Below are positions 11,763-23,888 of a stretch of 64,000 nucleotides of DNA, one piece after another. Source of the stretch: Craspedostauros australis. Taxonomy: Eukaryota. The notes beneath the pieces are model-generated. The model saw only the letters and a list, made by a program, of their open reading frames with translations. It was not told where the DNA came from and searched no databases. Location: assembly GCA_030167865.1 (NCBI GenBank), contig JALAGF010003803.1, positions 1-64,000 of the forward strand, read 5' to 3'. The number at the start of each line of letters is the position of its first letter. The first letter of the stretch is position 1. A program made the translations under genes and the position numbers.

Positions 11763-14700
11763 ATGGCAACGACCAACATGAAGTCGGCGCAGGAAAGTCC
11801 GTCGTTTCAGCGTCTGATGCTCTGCTGCGCTCTCATCGTCGCATCTCAGGTCCACCAGGCAACCTGCTTCGCCCCACCAGCACCATCAAGGGCTTCAGCA
11901 GCAACGGTCGCATCCGTGTTGACATGCTCATCGTTCGGCACCAAGTTGAGCGCCGTGAATGACGCCAACCGCAACAATGACAATGAAGATGCGAGTCAAG
12001 GTGACGAACAGGACAGTGAGGAGGAGAAGAATCCAAACCAACCGGTCTGGTTCTACACATCGGCAAAAAATGGCTACAGCATGCCGTCCGACATCAACGG
12101 GTACACTCCTGCCTTCAAGCGAGAGCCCATCGGGTACAGCGCCTTCTTGGAACCAAAACCGAAGCGCCGTCAGCGATCATCGCATTCCACCAACACCTAC
12201 GCATCCGCACCCGGCCCCGACTCGGCAGAAAACGTCGATCCGGAATTGAATGAGGACGGATACGCCGACATGCAGCTCAGGAAGCGATCCATCGTGAAGA
12301 AGATCATCCGAGCGCCCTTGAAGATGGCCCGATCTCTCTTCTTCTCCAAACGCCCCAAAAAGGAACCAGGCACGCTCATTCTCGTGCGTCACGGCGAATC
12401 GGAATGGAATGCCAACAAGACCTTCACGGGATGGGCCGATCCCGACCTCACAGAACAGGGCCTGCGAGAAGTCGAGCACGCGGCACGCTTGCTCATGGAG
12501 GGCGGATACAAGATCGACGTCGTCTTCACGTCGCGCCTCAAACGTGCCATCCGCTCGACGTGGGTCATCCTGCAGGAGCTCAACAAGGTCTACCTGCCCG
12601 TCTTCAAATCCTGGCGGCTCAATGAACGCATGTATGGTGCTCTCACGGGGCTCAGCAAGAAGGGAACCGCCGAGCAGCTGGGACACGACCTCGTGCAAGA
12701 ATGGCGCAGTTCCCTCACATCGCGTCCGCCGCCGTTGACGATCCGCGATGAGCATTGGCCGGGTCGCAATCGCAAGTACGCGGATCTCACGATCGATCAG
12801 ATCCCCGTCACGGAGTCTCTGCTGGATTGCATGGAGCGAACCGGTCCCTTGTGGGAGAACAAGGTCAAGCAGGAATTGCAGCGCGGTCGTGATGTTTTGG
12901 TCGTGGCGCACGCCAACACCCTGCGAGGATTGGTCAAGACGATTGACAACATCGGTGATGAGGAGATTCAAGGTGAGTGTGCGTGTGCGTGTGCGTGTGT
13001 TGGATGTGGAGTGAAATGGGATGGGATGGCATGGGACTTGAGCATGGCCTTCATTGTGTGAAGTAGAATAGTCGAAGTATGTTCGCAGCGTTTTTTCCAT
13101 TGCTATTGCCATTACCATTACAAGTACCTTTGATTTTGCCAGCTCAGATGAATCATTCCTCACATCATCCATATTCGCCCAATTCGCATGGTATGCACCG
13201 ACGCACCATACACACACTCATACGCTGCGACGTTCCAGCCATCGCCATTCCCACTGGCATTCCGATCATTTACAAGTTCGATGCCATGATGCAACCGATT
13301 CCGCCAGCCTCCGAGGAACGCACTGTCAGCCAGATTCACATGAGCGGCATGTTCCTGGAAAAGCCGGGGCTGCTAAAGGAAGCCCTCAAACGAGAGAAGG
13401 AATGGGCCAAGAACGTGCCCGGATACGACAGTACTATGGGGAGGAACAAACGCCCCATGGCACCGTTGGAGCGCAGCCTGTACAAATTGAATGCCGTGCG
13501 TGAACTCGGAGATTGGGCGGAAGAATTCGTCGATCACGACGCCGAAATTGAAGACGATGGTTCTGATGGCAACATGGGCAAGCCCATCCAATTGAACAAG
13601 CAACAGCTCGAATCGAAAGAAGCCAACGGCATGACGACGGCTGCCGATCCCACCACTGCGACTACGATTGTCAATGATGCGGATGCTGCTCAGCAAAACG
13701 TCAGTCCTGAGATGTACAGTTCACCATGCGTCACCTCCATGCCAAGCCCATCTCTCGTGAAGCAACTTGGCCCAACACCGATTCGACGAGATTCTGTCAT
13801 CGTCATCATTCGCCATGGCAAGACGGAGCACAACAAACTTGGTCTCTTTACAGGATGGGTAAGTGCTGCAGAGAGAACCAGGCTGAAGCGCACGGAATGG
13901 TGTTGTGTTGTGTTCTCTTGTGTTGCTTGGAATAATTTGATTGAATCGCATTGTGTTGAGTGCGATGAACAAAAGTATTATCCACTTCTGAATGCTAAAC
14001 ACACTTCTCTCGCCATTGCTTTCCCCTTCGAATCCCCTTGTCTCGAAATCATCCGTACGTACACGCTCACAGGAGGACGCTCCACTCGCCAAGGATGGTA
14101 TCGTGGAGGCCAAGGAAGCTGGAAAGCTCCTCAAACTCCATGGCTTTGAATTCGATGTTGTGTACACATCATGGTTGTCTCGTGCTATCGAAACGGCGTG
14201 GTATGTCATGGACTCCATGGATGCATTGTGGTTGCCCATCATCAAGACATGGCGATTGAATGAAAGGTAAGTTGAGGGGAATTGCTGGAGCTGTTTCTGC
14301 TTCTGCGGCTGTTACTGTGTGAGTGTGGGAAGCTGACCGTGGCAAAACTTGACTGGACATGCTGCACCTACGACTCCTTGGCGAAAGCCTCTCACACATT
14401 GTGTGGTGTTGCTCTACTATGCACCATTACCCCTTCCCATTATCCTCTTGTCCTACATTCCAATCTCTCCACTCTATCATCTTATGAACTGTGATTCATG
14501 TGCGTCCCTCTACTTGTACATCTCGATACTCAAACTGCAGAATGTATGGAAAGCTGACGGGACTATCAAAGAAGATGGTCCGACAACGCCATGGCGATGA
14601 GCAGTTCAAAGCATGGCGCAGGGGATACGACGTCAAGCCGCCGCCTGTGTCGTCCTTCTCGCCCGATTATCCAGGCAACGATCCCAGATATCGTGAATAC

Positions 14701-15491
14701 TTGCGTGACGTGCGGTACTCCTTCCGCGAATCCCTGATCCGCAGCATCGAAAAGGGCGACATGGTGCTGCAGCGCAAGCTCCCGAAAACCGAATCGCTGA
14801 AAGATTGCATGGATCGCACCATCCCGTACTTCGTGGAACGCATCCAAGCCGATACGTTGGATCAGGGCAAGCGAGTTCTGATATCCAGCAGCGAGAACGC
14901 TATCCGTGGATTGCTGATGCATCTGTGCGAGATCCCAGAAGAGCAGATCACTGGCTTGGAAATTCCGAATGGATTGCCGCTGATCTTTGACGTGAAATCG
15001 AAATGCGTCAAGGTGAGTTGTTGTTGCTGTCGCAGTCATTTTTGCCGTGGCTCTGTCCGTGTGCTATAATTACTTCGACGATTGCACGCATCTTCTTACC
15101 CCGTACGAGTATGATTCTTCTTCGTTTGGACGCTCGTGGGTACTGGCACATTCATGCACATTCGTATTCGTATTCGTACTCACGCCAACATCTCGTTCCA
15201 TGCTATTGCGTTTCATTGCTCCATTCAAATCGCCTTTGCTCTTGGCAGCTGTTGGATGATGGCACTGGCAGAGATCCGTTGGAGGTGTACAACTTCGGAG
15301 CAGCAGCATCTTACTTGTTCCGTCCGTGTCAGAACGAAGATGGAAGTCCGGATGAGGAATGTGACATCGTATTTGATACCATGGCCAGAACATCGCTCTC
15401 TGAAGGTGACAAGGCGACGTTGGAAAGCATCGTGAAACCAACAGCAGCGCCCGCCGAGGTGGCGGAAACGTTGGTTGGCAGTTCGAAATGA
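11763..15491 (+). CDS. PGAM: Plastid-targeted 2,3-BPG-dependent phosphoglycerate mutase with two tandem His-phosphatase domains; exons 11763-12972, 13239-13858, 14073-14266, 14541-15012, 15249-15491
   Basis: LVRHGESEWN...FTGW and IIRHGKTEHN...FTGW, two RLNERMYG motifs, presequence ALIVASQVHQATC-FAP; four GT-AG introns keep the frame. Confidence 0.9.
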
Positions 15492-15711
15492 AGAGAGGCA
15501 CGACGTTAATCGCGTGGTTATAAGAAGTGCACAGCAACACGCGCGAAATGATCGACTCTGCGCTGTTGTGACAAGTAGCGAAATCGCTACTCCCTCAACG
15601 TAGAGATTCTATGAGCCACATACGAACGATTTGACATAGCAAAACGCATGCGGTGTATTGCGCAAGGCGCCTTGCGACATACCTCTCTCGAGAAGTACGC
15701 TGCACGCTTCG

Positions 15712-16844
15712 TTACTTCGCCAACCCAAATAGATCCGACACGAACAGGCGTTTCATCTGCCGATTCTGAACAACCGCAACTTCGAACCTTGTCTCATCGC
15801 CAAGCTTCGTGACATCATCTTCGGCAATCATGTTCAACAGCGCCTTCACGCCATCTTCCGCTCGCATGCATCGAAAGTTGGTCTTGGAAAGCTGGACGTT
15901 GATCCATTCCGAACCTTTGCCAAGCGCCAGCGCATTCATAGGGTAGGATCCGGTGGCATCCAAAAACAGCAATTGGGAGGATGATCTGACGGAGTCGGGC
16001 TCAATCATCATTGCGACGGCGCTGAGTGATCGTTGCTGACATCGTATTGTATTGTGGTGCGTTGCACGAAGTCGCAGCAGCAGTGTGTAGATTGACAAAA
16101 CAAGTAGCGAAACATTGTAGAAAGTTCATCAAGAGCGTGAGAAGTCTGCATTGGGGATCTGGTATTGGGTGGTATTGTATTCCATTGCATTGCGAGACTA
16201 TCCTTCCCTCAATCTCACTCCTAGCATGCTGGTACACTTTCGTGGAATACATAGGGAACAAGCAAGCAAGCAGACAAAGCAGAGAATAGGATTCTGCCAT
16301 ACCCATACTGCCATACTCATCATGCCATACAACACCATGCACCATGCACCACACTCACCCGATCCGACGACGCGCACCGCGCCATCCACAAAGAGGCTTG
16401 CTTGCCCACAACCTCGGCCGACGACGCGCCAAAGATCTGCAGTTCACGCTGCGCGATCGATCGACATCGATCCACCAACATATCTCCATCGGCCCTCCAG
16501 CCGCACGTCATGAGGCAGGAGCCCGTCGCATCGATGACATGCATGCGGAATGGACCATGGTAGGTGCGCGGCAGATCGCGGTCGTGCAGAATCGTCGTGG
16601 CATCGCGTTTGGAAAGCAGCAGGCGTTCGTCATTGAAGGCCACATGGCATGCCACCATGGCGACGCCGTCCGAGCAGACGGCCGCCACGATCAACGGGGC
16701 GGCCGCGATGAAGGGATCCCTTTGACCGTTGTTGGCGGTCCCGGCTGTTGCTGCTGCGCCGCTGTTTGCGAGCACAGCAGTCGAAGTGCAGGTCGATGCT
16801 AGCGCCGTCAGCGTCAAAAGCAACGCCGCTCTGTAATGCATCAT
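15712..16844 (-). CDS. Divergent 20S proteasome subunit-like (Ntn-hydrolase fold) protein with N-terminal signal peptide; exons 16844-16359, 16035-15712
   Basis: IVAAVCSDGVAMV, GWRADG..LV..CR..AQ, QLLFLDATGSY, ALALGKGS and FEVAVV echo proteasome alpha/beta motifs; phase-0 intron 16358-16036. Confidence 0.7.
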
Positions 16845-17485
16845 GGTTCGTTTCACTTGCGCATGAGCGTTTGTTGTTGCACGTTTGTCGCCACGAGCAT
16901 CGTCGCCTGTTACGTTTGCATGAAAGATGCAACCACTTCCACAGGAGGAGACTCGGCGAGAGATCCCACGCGAGATGCGGATCCGCAACGATGGATGCAA
17001 GAAGATGCCGTGATCGTGACTGATGCGTGGTCCCGTGACTGAAAGATCCCACCCTTCCCCGTGTCGCCGATGGAGTTCTTGTTGACACCTCGGTGAAGAA
17101 CAAGGCGAGCAAAGCACGCACAGAACAAGTGAGGACGAAATGGGAAGCCATCACCAAGACAGGGAGAGAGAGAACAAGACAGAACGGAATCTGCGAACAC
17201 CGCCTCAAGCCTCCGCACTTCAGCGGTTCAGCGGTTCAACACCCGCGTGAATCAACAACAGAAGATCAACGACCTCAAAGAAGCCTCACATCAAACATTG
17301 CGCATCACACATCACACATCACACAACACTCAAGCGGCAGCGCATACTTGGAATAATAGAAGAACATTCAGTATAGCACCACTCCACGCTGCTCTCTCCC
17401 GCATCCGCGTTCACCAAGGACGACACTACGAAAGCCACCCAAAGCCACCCACGCCAACACCAACACCAAAACGAACAGAAACACA

Positions 17486-18968
17486 ATGAACGCTCCCATC
17501 GAAAGCCGTGACACTTCTTCAACCGGAGATCAGCACAATCGCATTGCGCCACTCGGGCTGCCCTCGATTCTGTCAACTGGTGCATCGCCAAACAGAACCG
17601 CCGCCATCAACGCCGGCCCCGTGCCAACCGCAGCCACGACTGCAGCCACAGGCACAGCGCCATCGTCCCTTCTGCAAGGACCCCCTCGCCGACACTCGGG
17701 AACGTCGCCCTTGCTCGGACACAAGATCGCAGGCATGAGCATGAACGTGGGCATGAGCTTGGGTACTGGCAATGGGGCCTCCCCGATCATGGGCCTCGGT
17801 GGCAGACATCGTCCCAAACGACACACCATCGCCACCACGACGGCGCTCAGCCCGCAGCAGATTCTCACCATCACCACGGCCGGCAGCGGCCACAAGACAC
17901 CCAGCAGGATGACGGGTCCCCACAAGACGGGCCTCCTGGGAATGCACCCGCCCAGCATCGTGCACGGCACCGTGGGATCGCCGTTGCTGGCACCCCAAAC
18001 GCCACCACCCTCGGCGCGCAACCTCAGCGCCGCCCGCAGTCCTCTGGCCCTGTCCCCCGACCGCCGCCACGCCAACAACTACGAACTGCAACGCGCCGCC
18101 GTGGAATCGGCCTACCAATCGGAGCGCGCGCGCAACAAGCAGATGGAGGCCAAGGAGGTCGATGCCACGGCGGATCAGCTGCGCTTCATCCTCAAGCAAG
18201 AGCGCCAGCGCATGGCCAAGCAGGCGGGGGATATTGCCAGGTTGAAGCAGGCCGCAGTGCAATGTCAGGTCGAGGCCGAGATCAACGAGGAAGGCCGCAT
18301 CAACGGTCTCATGCGGCACATGGATACCATCCAGTTAGAAAAGAGCAAGATCGTTGTGGAGTTGGAGCGTGAAGAGGAACTCGTGAGTCGTCTGTATTGC
18401 ACGTATGTGTGAGCAATGGGTTGTAACAAGTGTGGGCTGAGAGTTGTGAATCGTACGAATGATGGAGCGAGCCGAGATGAGGAGTTCCCACGCCGTTCGC
18501 TCTATTGCCCATCCTTTGCTACCTCATCTAATTCTGCTTTCATTTTCTTCGTCTCCTTCACTTGCCCTTTCTCTTTCGTCTCATTCTTCCTCGAATCCAC
18601 GTGTGCTACAAATGCTATTGTTCTACTCTATTCTGATCCATCAACGCACTCCGCAGCTTGGAAGCACGCTGAAGAAGCTTGAGGAGGTGAGGCGCGAGAA
18701 GTCGCAACTGCTGAAGCAAATCGAGCATGAAAAGTCGCACCATTCCAATTTGCAGACGGAGCTGGAGGGCATCCAGTCCACATCCACAGAGGATGACGCA
18801 GCAGCCGCGCCTCCCGTCACAGCCAAAACCAGCACAGCACTGAGCGCAGGCTCATCATCGTTGCTCACCATGGGAACCCTCACGGAGGATCTCGAAGAGG
18901 ATGAAGAGGAGGATGATGGCTGTGGCGAGATGGTCGACCTGCCAGACCTGGCTGGAATCCAATCCTGA
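17486..18968 (+). CDS. CCDC6/H4-like coiled-coil protein; exons 17486-18382, 18657-18968
   Basis: EAEINEEGRINGLMRHM..IQLEK..IVVELEREEELLGSTLKKLEEVRREK is CCDC6-like; P/S/T-rich N-terminus; phase-0 intron. Confidence 0.7.
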
Positions 18969-19169
18969 GCAACTACCAACTCGGTGACGCCATGCTTTAC
19001 TTGAAGAGCATAGCGAGTGCCCCGCCACCATCATGTGCCATGCTTGCAATGTAACAACGAGTTCTCCCCACATGTTGCACGAAAAGCGCATGTTGGGAAT
19101 ACTGTAAATGCAGATGACATGGCACTACGTAAAAGAGGATCCTGAACATCATCCCATTCTTCTGCATGT

Positions 19170-19727
19170 TCACATTGTGAGCTTTAACCTCCAAAGTTCA
19201 TCTTCGCACTGCTTGAATTTTGATAGCTGTGCATCCCAGTCACTCCCCTGCGGAACCTCGCTTCCTGGAGTGGTGGCGTCGACATCATTGCTGCCGTCAC
19301 TCGCACTCGCATTTGTCTCCCGCTTGATCTTCTTCCCGCTGGATACAGCCGCCGCTTCTTCATCAAAGGCCTGCAGCACATCTCGTGCCTTCAACGCCCC
19401 ATCCAGCATGGAGTCCGTGTTCTTCTTTTGCTCTGTTGCCGTTGCCTCATTCATCATCATTGACAATTTCCCTCTCGCAATCATGGAACCCAACGATCGA
19501 CCCAACAGGATCGAAGCGTCGTACGATTCTCGATACCCTGCTTCGAATCCTTCCTGCAAACGTTCTTCTTTGTGCGCGTCGAACGCATCGACGTAACCGA
19601 TCGTCTTGTGCCGTTCCTCCATGGCGCGTCGATCAAAATCGTTCAGATCATCGTTGTCCTCATCGTCGCCGTCACCAAAGAAGTCGTCGTCATCATCGTG
19701 GGAAGTGTCGATGGGATCGGTCGTCAT
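19170..19727 (-). CDS. YAE1: Yae1-family protein
   Basis: ERHKTIGYVDAFDAHKEERLQEGFEAGYRE is the GxxxG-type Yae1_N motif. Confidence 0.7.
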   Translation of the reverse strand: MTTDPIDTSHDDDDDFFGDGDDEDNDDLNDFDRRAMEERHKTIGYVDAFDAHKEERLQEGFEAGYRESYDASILLGRSLGSMIARGKLSMMMNEATATEQKKNTDSMLDGALKARDVLQAFDEEAAAVSSGKKIKRETNASASDGSNDVDATTPGSEVPQGSDWDAQLSKFKQCEDELWRLKLTM

Positions 19728-20258
19728 TGTCGTCGTGAGCACAGTTATGTTATCTGCAACGAACTAGTTCTATTCTGAGCATGCGTGTCGTTGCCTGCTG
19801 CGATTGCTTCAGCTCTTTCGATTGATGGTGTGAATCCGAGACGATGTTCTCTCCCCTCCTCTCTTGTATTTTGGTTTGGTCTTGGCAACATCTTGCGTTC
19901 GTTTTGTTTCTTGATGTCCGTGAATGAATCCTTCCAACAAGACTGAAAGGCAAGAAGAGATCTTTGTGTCATCGGCGCTGATGTCAGAACACATCATCAT
20001 CGTCAACCCATTTTCTCGCCATCGTCATCATCGCAACGCAACGCATGGCATGAGTAAGATCGTAGTCGTATTCCGATGCTCCTTCCTTCCGTCCACACAT
20101 GAACAGAGAAGAAACAATCAGAGAGATTCGTGCAAAGCACACTTCCACGACACAATCCTGGAAACAACGCAAACACAACTGCCCTGTCTTCTGTTCTTCT
20201 TCCCACCGTTCGGTCAGAATCGACTCATCCTCCTCGTTCTCGCAACAACCTCCTCATA

Positions 20259-20705
20259 ATGTCTCGACTCTCCCTCTCATTCCTCGCCATCCTCATCGCC
20301 CCATCTTCCGTCGTCATGGGCTGGTCCATCGTTACACCTCTGCAAAAAGCGGCCGCCGTCGCCACCATCTCCGCCGCCATCGCCGGTGCCCCAATGGTCG
20401 CCGACGCTCATGACTTCACCGGCTCCTACGCTGACGTCAAGCACCCCAACTGCAAGCGGGAAGTCGTCGTCGAAGGCAACGTCGCCACCCTCAAGGGCAC
20501 GGACGGCACACCAGGCTGCCCAGCCGATGGTTCCGGCCGGGCCTGGAATCTACCAGGCAAGATCGATGGCGATTCCATCTTCGTCGACTTTTCTCCCAAG
20601 GGTGGTCCCAAGGACCTCAAGGGACTGTGGGAACCATCTCCTGAGCCAGGCATCCGATGGCCAGACAACAACCTCTGGCGTCTCAAGGATGTCAGCAAGG
20701 AGTAA
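20259..20705 (+). CDS. Conserved algal protein of unknown function, probably thylakoid lumen
   Basis: Signal peptide (cleavage near MG-W), second hydrophobic AAAVATISAAIAGAPMVADA stretch ending A-x-A, mature domain with HPNC, VDFSPKGGP, WPDNNLW. Confidence 0.75.
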   Translation: MSRLSLSFLAILIAPSSVVMGWSIVTPLQKAAAVATISAAIAGAPMVADAHDFTGSYADVKHPNCKREVVVEGNVATLKGTDGTPGCPADGSGRAWNLPGKIDGDSIFVDFSPKGGPKDLKGLWEPSPEPGIRWPDNNLWRLKDVSKE

Positions 20706-21160
20706 GGGCGAGACAGAATTATTGTGGAGTGGAGTGGAGTCGAGTTGACTGGCATACAATGAACCAGGATGCAGCTGCATCAATGCGCTGCATCATTGCG
20801 CTGCATCAAAAGCATTGGATCAGCGCGAAAGGAAGCAATGCCAACGCAATGTGGCGCACCATGATGCGAGTACTCTGCAGAGTACTTCCATTCTGCACGA
20901 AGACACTGCTCTACCATTCACTACTCTGCCATATTCTAAATCGCACCTGCTATGAAGATCCACCTGTTGTACGAGTACAATGCACACTCAGTGAAGATGC
21001 TGTCATCCCATAGCACATGGAAGAGTCTAGTTTCCAGCATCCATACTTGGATTCGCACTGTGACCAACGCAAAGGGCTTCAGAAGTCCTATGCTCCTTAG
21101 CTCGTACGTAGCATGCTTAGTTCTCTGTAATAATAGCTCTCCGAGTACTATCCCAGCATG

Positions 21161-23278
21161 CTACTTCTTCCGTCGGTTGGCCCAAATCTCCGCCAGCTTC
21201 TTCTTGCGACGCTCTGCTTCCTGTTCTGCCTTCAATGTGACAGGGTCTATCGGCATCGGCAAAGTCTTCATTTCAATGCCGCGGATACGATTCAAGGCTT
21301 GGCCTACCTCGTAGATTCGGGGACGGGAAGCGTATCCCACGCTTTCGAACAACATCGCGCTTTGATGCGAATCTCCATGGCTGATGTCTTGCAGGATCGC
21401 CACCATGCCGCGCTCATCGATTGTCTGCTCCAGCAACTGCAGCAGCTCTCGAACTCCCATCTCCTTCGTTTGTTGCGATGCCGCTTGCAGGATCCACAGC
21501 ACACAAATGCCACAGCCGAACAACTGCTTCTTTCCCAGCAGCTGTTGCAACTTTGACACATCGATGGTGCCATCCTCCTCGTCATCGTCATCGGCACCAC
21601 CGCCATTGCCGTCCTTACCATCATCACTACTGACATCCATGCCGTCGTGCACGATATCCAACACGATACCGTGCCCATTCTCCATCAACGCAAACCCAAG
21701 CTTGCCTGCCGAATCCAAATACCGACGCGTCACACACCGCGGCGCCGGCGTGCCTTGCCAGTGCAACCGATGCACAACTCCGCGCCCGCCATACTGCACG
21801 TGACCGTACGAGAATTGGCGGCTGATCGATTGGGCCTTGAGTGTGGCGTCCGATGCGACGTATTTGTTCATCAATATCACGTGATGCGGCACATCCAACC
21901 AATCCCCGACACCGCCGACAACGACGATGGTGGAGATGCCATGCGTGTCATACAAACCGTTGACACGATACAGAAGCGGCGTGATGCTCTCCTCCATCAC
22001 GAGCGCCCGCATGCGTCCGTCGCGCGCCATGAAGTTGGCGGCACTGACATCCTCATCGACCAGCATGGCCGAAACGCCCATCTCGATGGCCTCCGTGACG
22101 TTGGCGGCCTGTGATGTAGATCCCGAGCAATCGGAGCTGGTGAAATGTCGCGTATCCATGGAGTTGGGCAGGTTGGAGATGAAGGCGGAGATGTTGCAAT
22201 TGTGCACCGATCGTCCATCCTCGGCACGAATGCAGGTGGCACTACGCACAGCGACGCAGTATTCGCGACCATCGCCAGGTATTTTGGGAAAGACACTGCT
22301 GGCGATGGCTTGGAGGATCGTGGATTTGCCATGGTATCCACCGCCGACGATCAATGTGACGCCGCGTGGAATGATCATTCCGTGAACTGTGATTGCAGAT
22401 CGCTGTTGTTGTTGTTGTTGCTGCTGCTGTTTGCCATTATCACTCTGCATCGTATACAGAGCTTCAGGCAAGTGGTGTTGGAACAGCTCGCACATTGGAA
22501 CGCTCATGGACGTGGACATGCTGCTATCTGACGGCGCTTCGAAAGGTATCGCTGGCGGACTTAGCATGGGCGCTTGCGATGCACCGGTTTTGCGTGGCAA
22601 GATGCTCCCATCGGCCAAGAATGCAACCGCATCCATGCTCTCCAATTGCGATCGCATCCGTTCTTGAAAGACGACGCATGCAACATGTTGCAATAGCTGC
22701 TTGCAGAAGGAAGCATCGTTGGTAGATGCCAGCTTGTTCAAGATGACACGAACGCCTTCCAACACTTGTGCTGGATTCATCGTCTCGAGTCTGCTTGGAT
22801 GGGCTTCCATCTGCAGCGCGGCTCCCGTCTTGTCCTCATCCATTCCTATAGTCGTTGTTGCGGACGCCGATGCACTCGCCGCCGACAACCACAGACGCAA
22901 CGTGATATGCAACTGATGATCTGCAGAACACCACACATCTGTGCGTTCCAATACGAAGGGGGTCATGGATTGCGATCGCTTGCTCTTCTTGCGTCGCGCA
23001 CGCTGATTCTGCACGGCGACATCGAGCATCTCGACGTGCGGCGATTGGCGTTGCGCATGGGTTGGCAACGAAGTCGCGAGATGTCGTGCCACAAAGTCGG
23101 CAAGCGCGATACGCGCCGTCAATCCCTCCTGCTCGATGCTCGCTTGCGCAATCTCAGCTTGCTCGAGCAATGCCTTCAAGCTGATGCGCGCCTTCACCAG
23201 ATGCGATGACTGATCGTGGTGCGACTTTTGAAGTTGTCCTGCCAACGGGTCAGGTATCAGTTCGACGTCCTGCCACAT
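21161..23278 (-). CDS. ABC-class P-loop ATPase (COG3044/ABC_ATPase family, MRB1590-like)
   Basis: GVTLIVGGGYHGKST, IPGDGRE, IRAEDGR, SGSTSQAAN, DEDVSAANFMARDGRM. Confidence 0.9.
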   Translation of the reverse strand: MWQDVELIPDPLAGQLQKSHHDQSSHLVKARISLKALLEQAEIAQASIEQEGLTARIALADFVARHLATSLPTHAQRQSPHVEMLDVAVQNQRARRKKSKRSQSMTPFVLERTDVWCSADHQLHITLRLWLSAASASASATTTIGMDEDKTGAALQMEAHPSRLETMNPAQVLEGVRVILNKLASTNDASFCKQLLQHVACVVFQERMRSQLESMDAVAFLADGSILPRKTGASQAPMLSPPAIPFEAPSDSSMSTSMSVPMCELFQHHLPEALYTMQSDNGKQQQQQQQQQRSAITVHGMIIPRGVTLIVGGGYHGKSTILQAIASSVFPKIPGDGREYCVAVRSATCIRAEDGRSVHNCNISAFISNLPNSMDTRHFTSSDCSGSTSQAANVTEAIEMGVSAMLVDEDVSAANFMARDGRMRALVMEESITPLLYRVNGLYDTHGISTIVVVGGVGDWLDVPHHVILMNKYVASDATLKAQSISRQFSYGHVQYGGRGVVHRLHWQGTPAPRCVTRRYLDSAGKLGFALMENGHGIVLDIVHDGMDVSSDDGKDGNGGGADDDDEEDGTIDVSKLQQLLGKKQLFGCGICVLWILQAASQQTKEMGVRELLQLLEQTIDERGMVAILQDISHGDSHQSAMLFESVGYASRPRIYEVGQALNRIRGIEMKTLPMPIDPVTLKAEQEAERRKKKLAEIWANRRKK

Positions 23279-23812
23279 GATTCCTTCTGCAAGTACTCCT
23301 GGAGGGGTCTGCTCTTGGATGTTATTTCCTCAACAAGGAAAGAGAGCCTCCTTCCGGTGTGCAATGTTGGCAATCTACTGTACTATCCTCTACTTCCACC
23401 TACAATGGAGTACTCGCAATGGTACGCGCTCGTATGGTGCCTCCACTTGTGTGAGATGAAGATCATCAGCAACTTGTGACGTGATGGGTGTTTGCCCAAT
23501 CAAGGAGATTGCGCTCATTTTTGTTGGTTGGAGACGAGAAATGCGGGACTCTCTGATTGGTCGTGATTGATTCGACACGGTCGACTAAAACATGATTTCT
23601 CATTCGGCGCGCGAGTCGTGGAGAATGGATCGGAACGTGGAAGTCCAACTCGTCGATTGCGACCTCGCGAACTTGTGTCGAGGCTGATCTTTGGCCCCCA
23701 CCAGGAGAGAGCATCGCTGCATGGTGAGGATCGCACACCACTGACGGTAACAACGGCAGCAGAAGTGACCTCTTCGCTTCTCGTTCTAACCGCGCTCCTC
23801 TCTATGATTATG

Positions 23813-23862
23813 TGTATGTATGTATGTATGTATGTATGTATGTATGTATGTATGTATGTATG
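23813..23862. repeat. (TGTA)n microsatellite, about 12 units
   Basis: Perfect tetranucleotide run just beyond the kinase stop codon. Confidence 0.95.
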
Positions 23863-23888
23863 TGTGCGCGGCAATACTAAACTACGAG

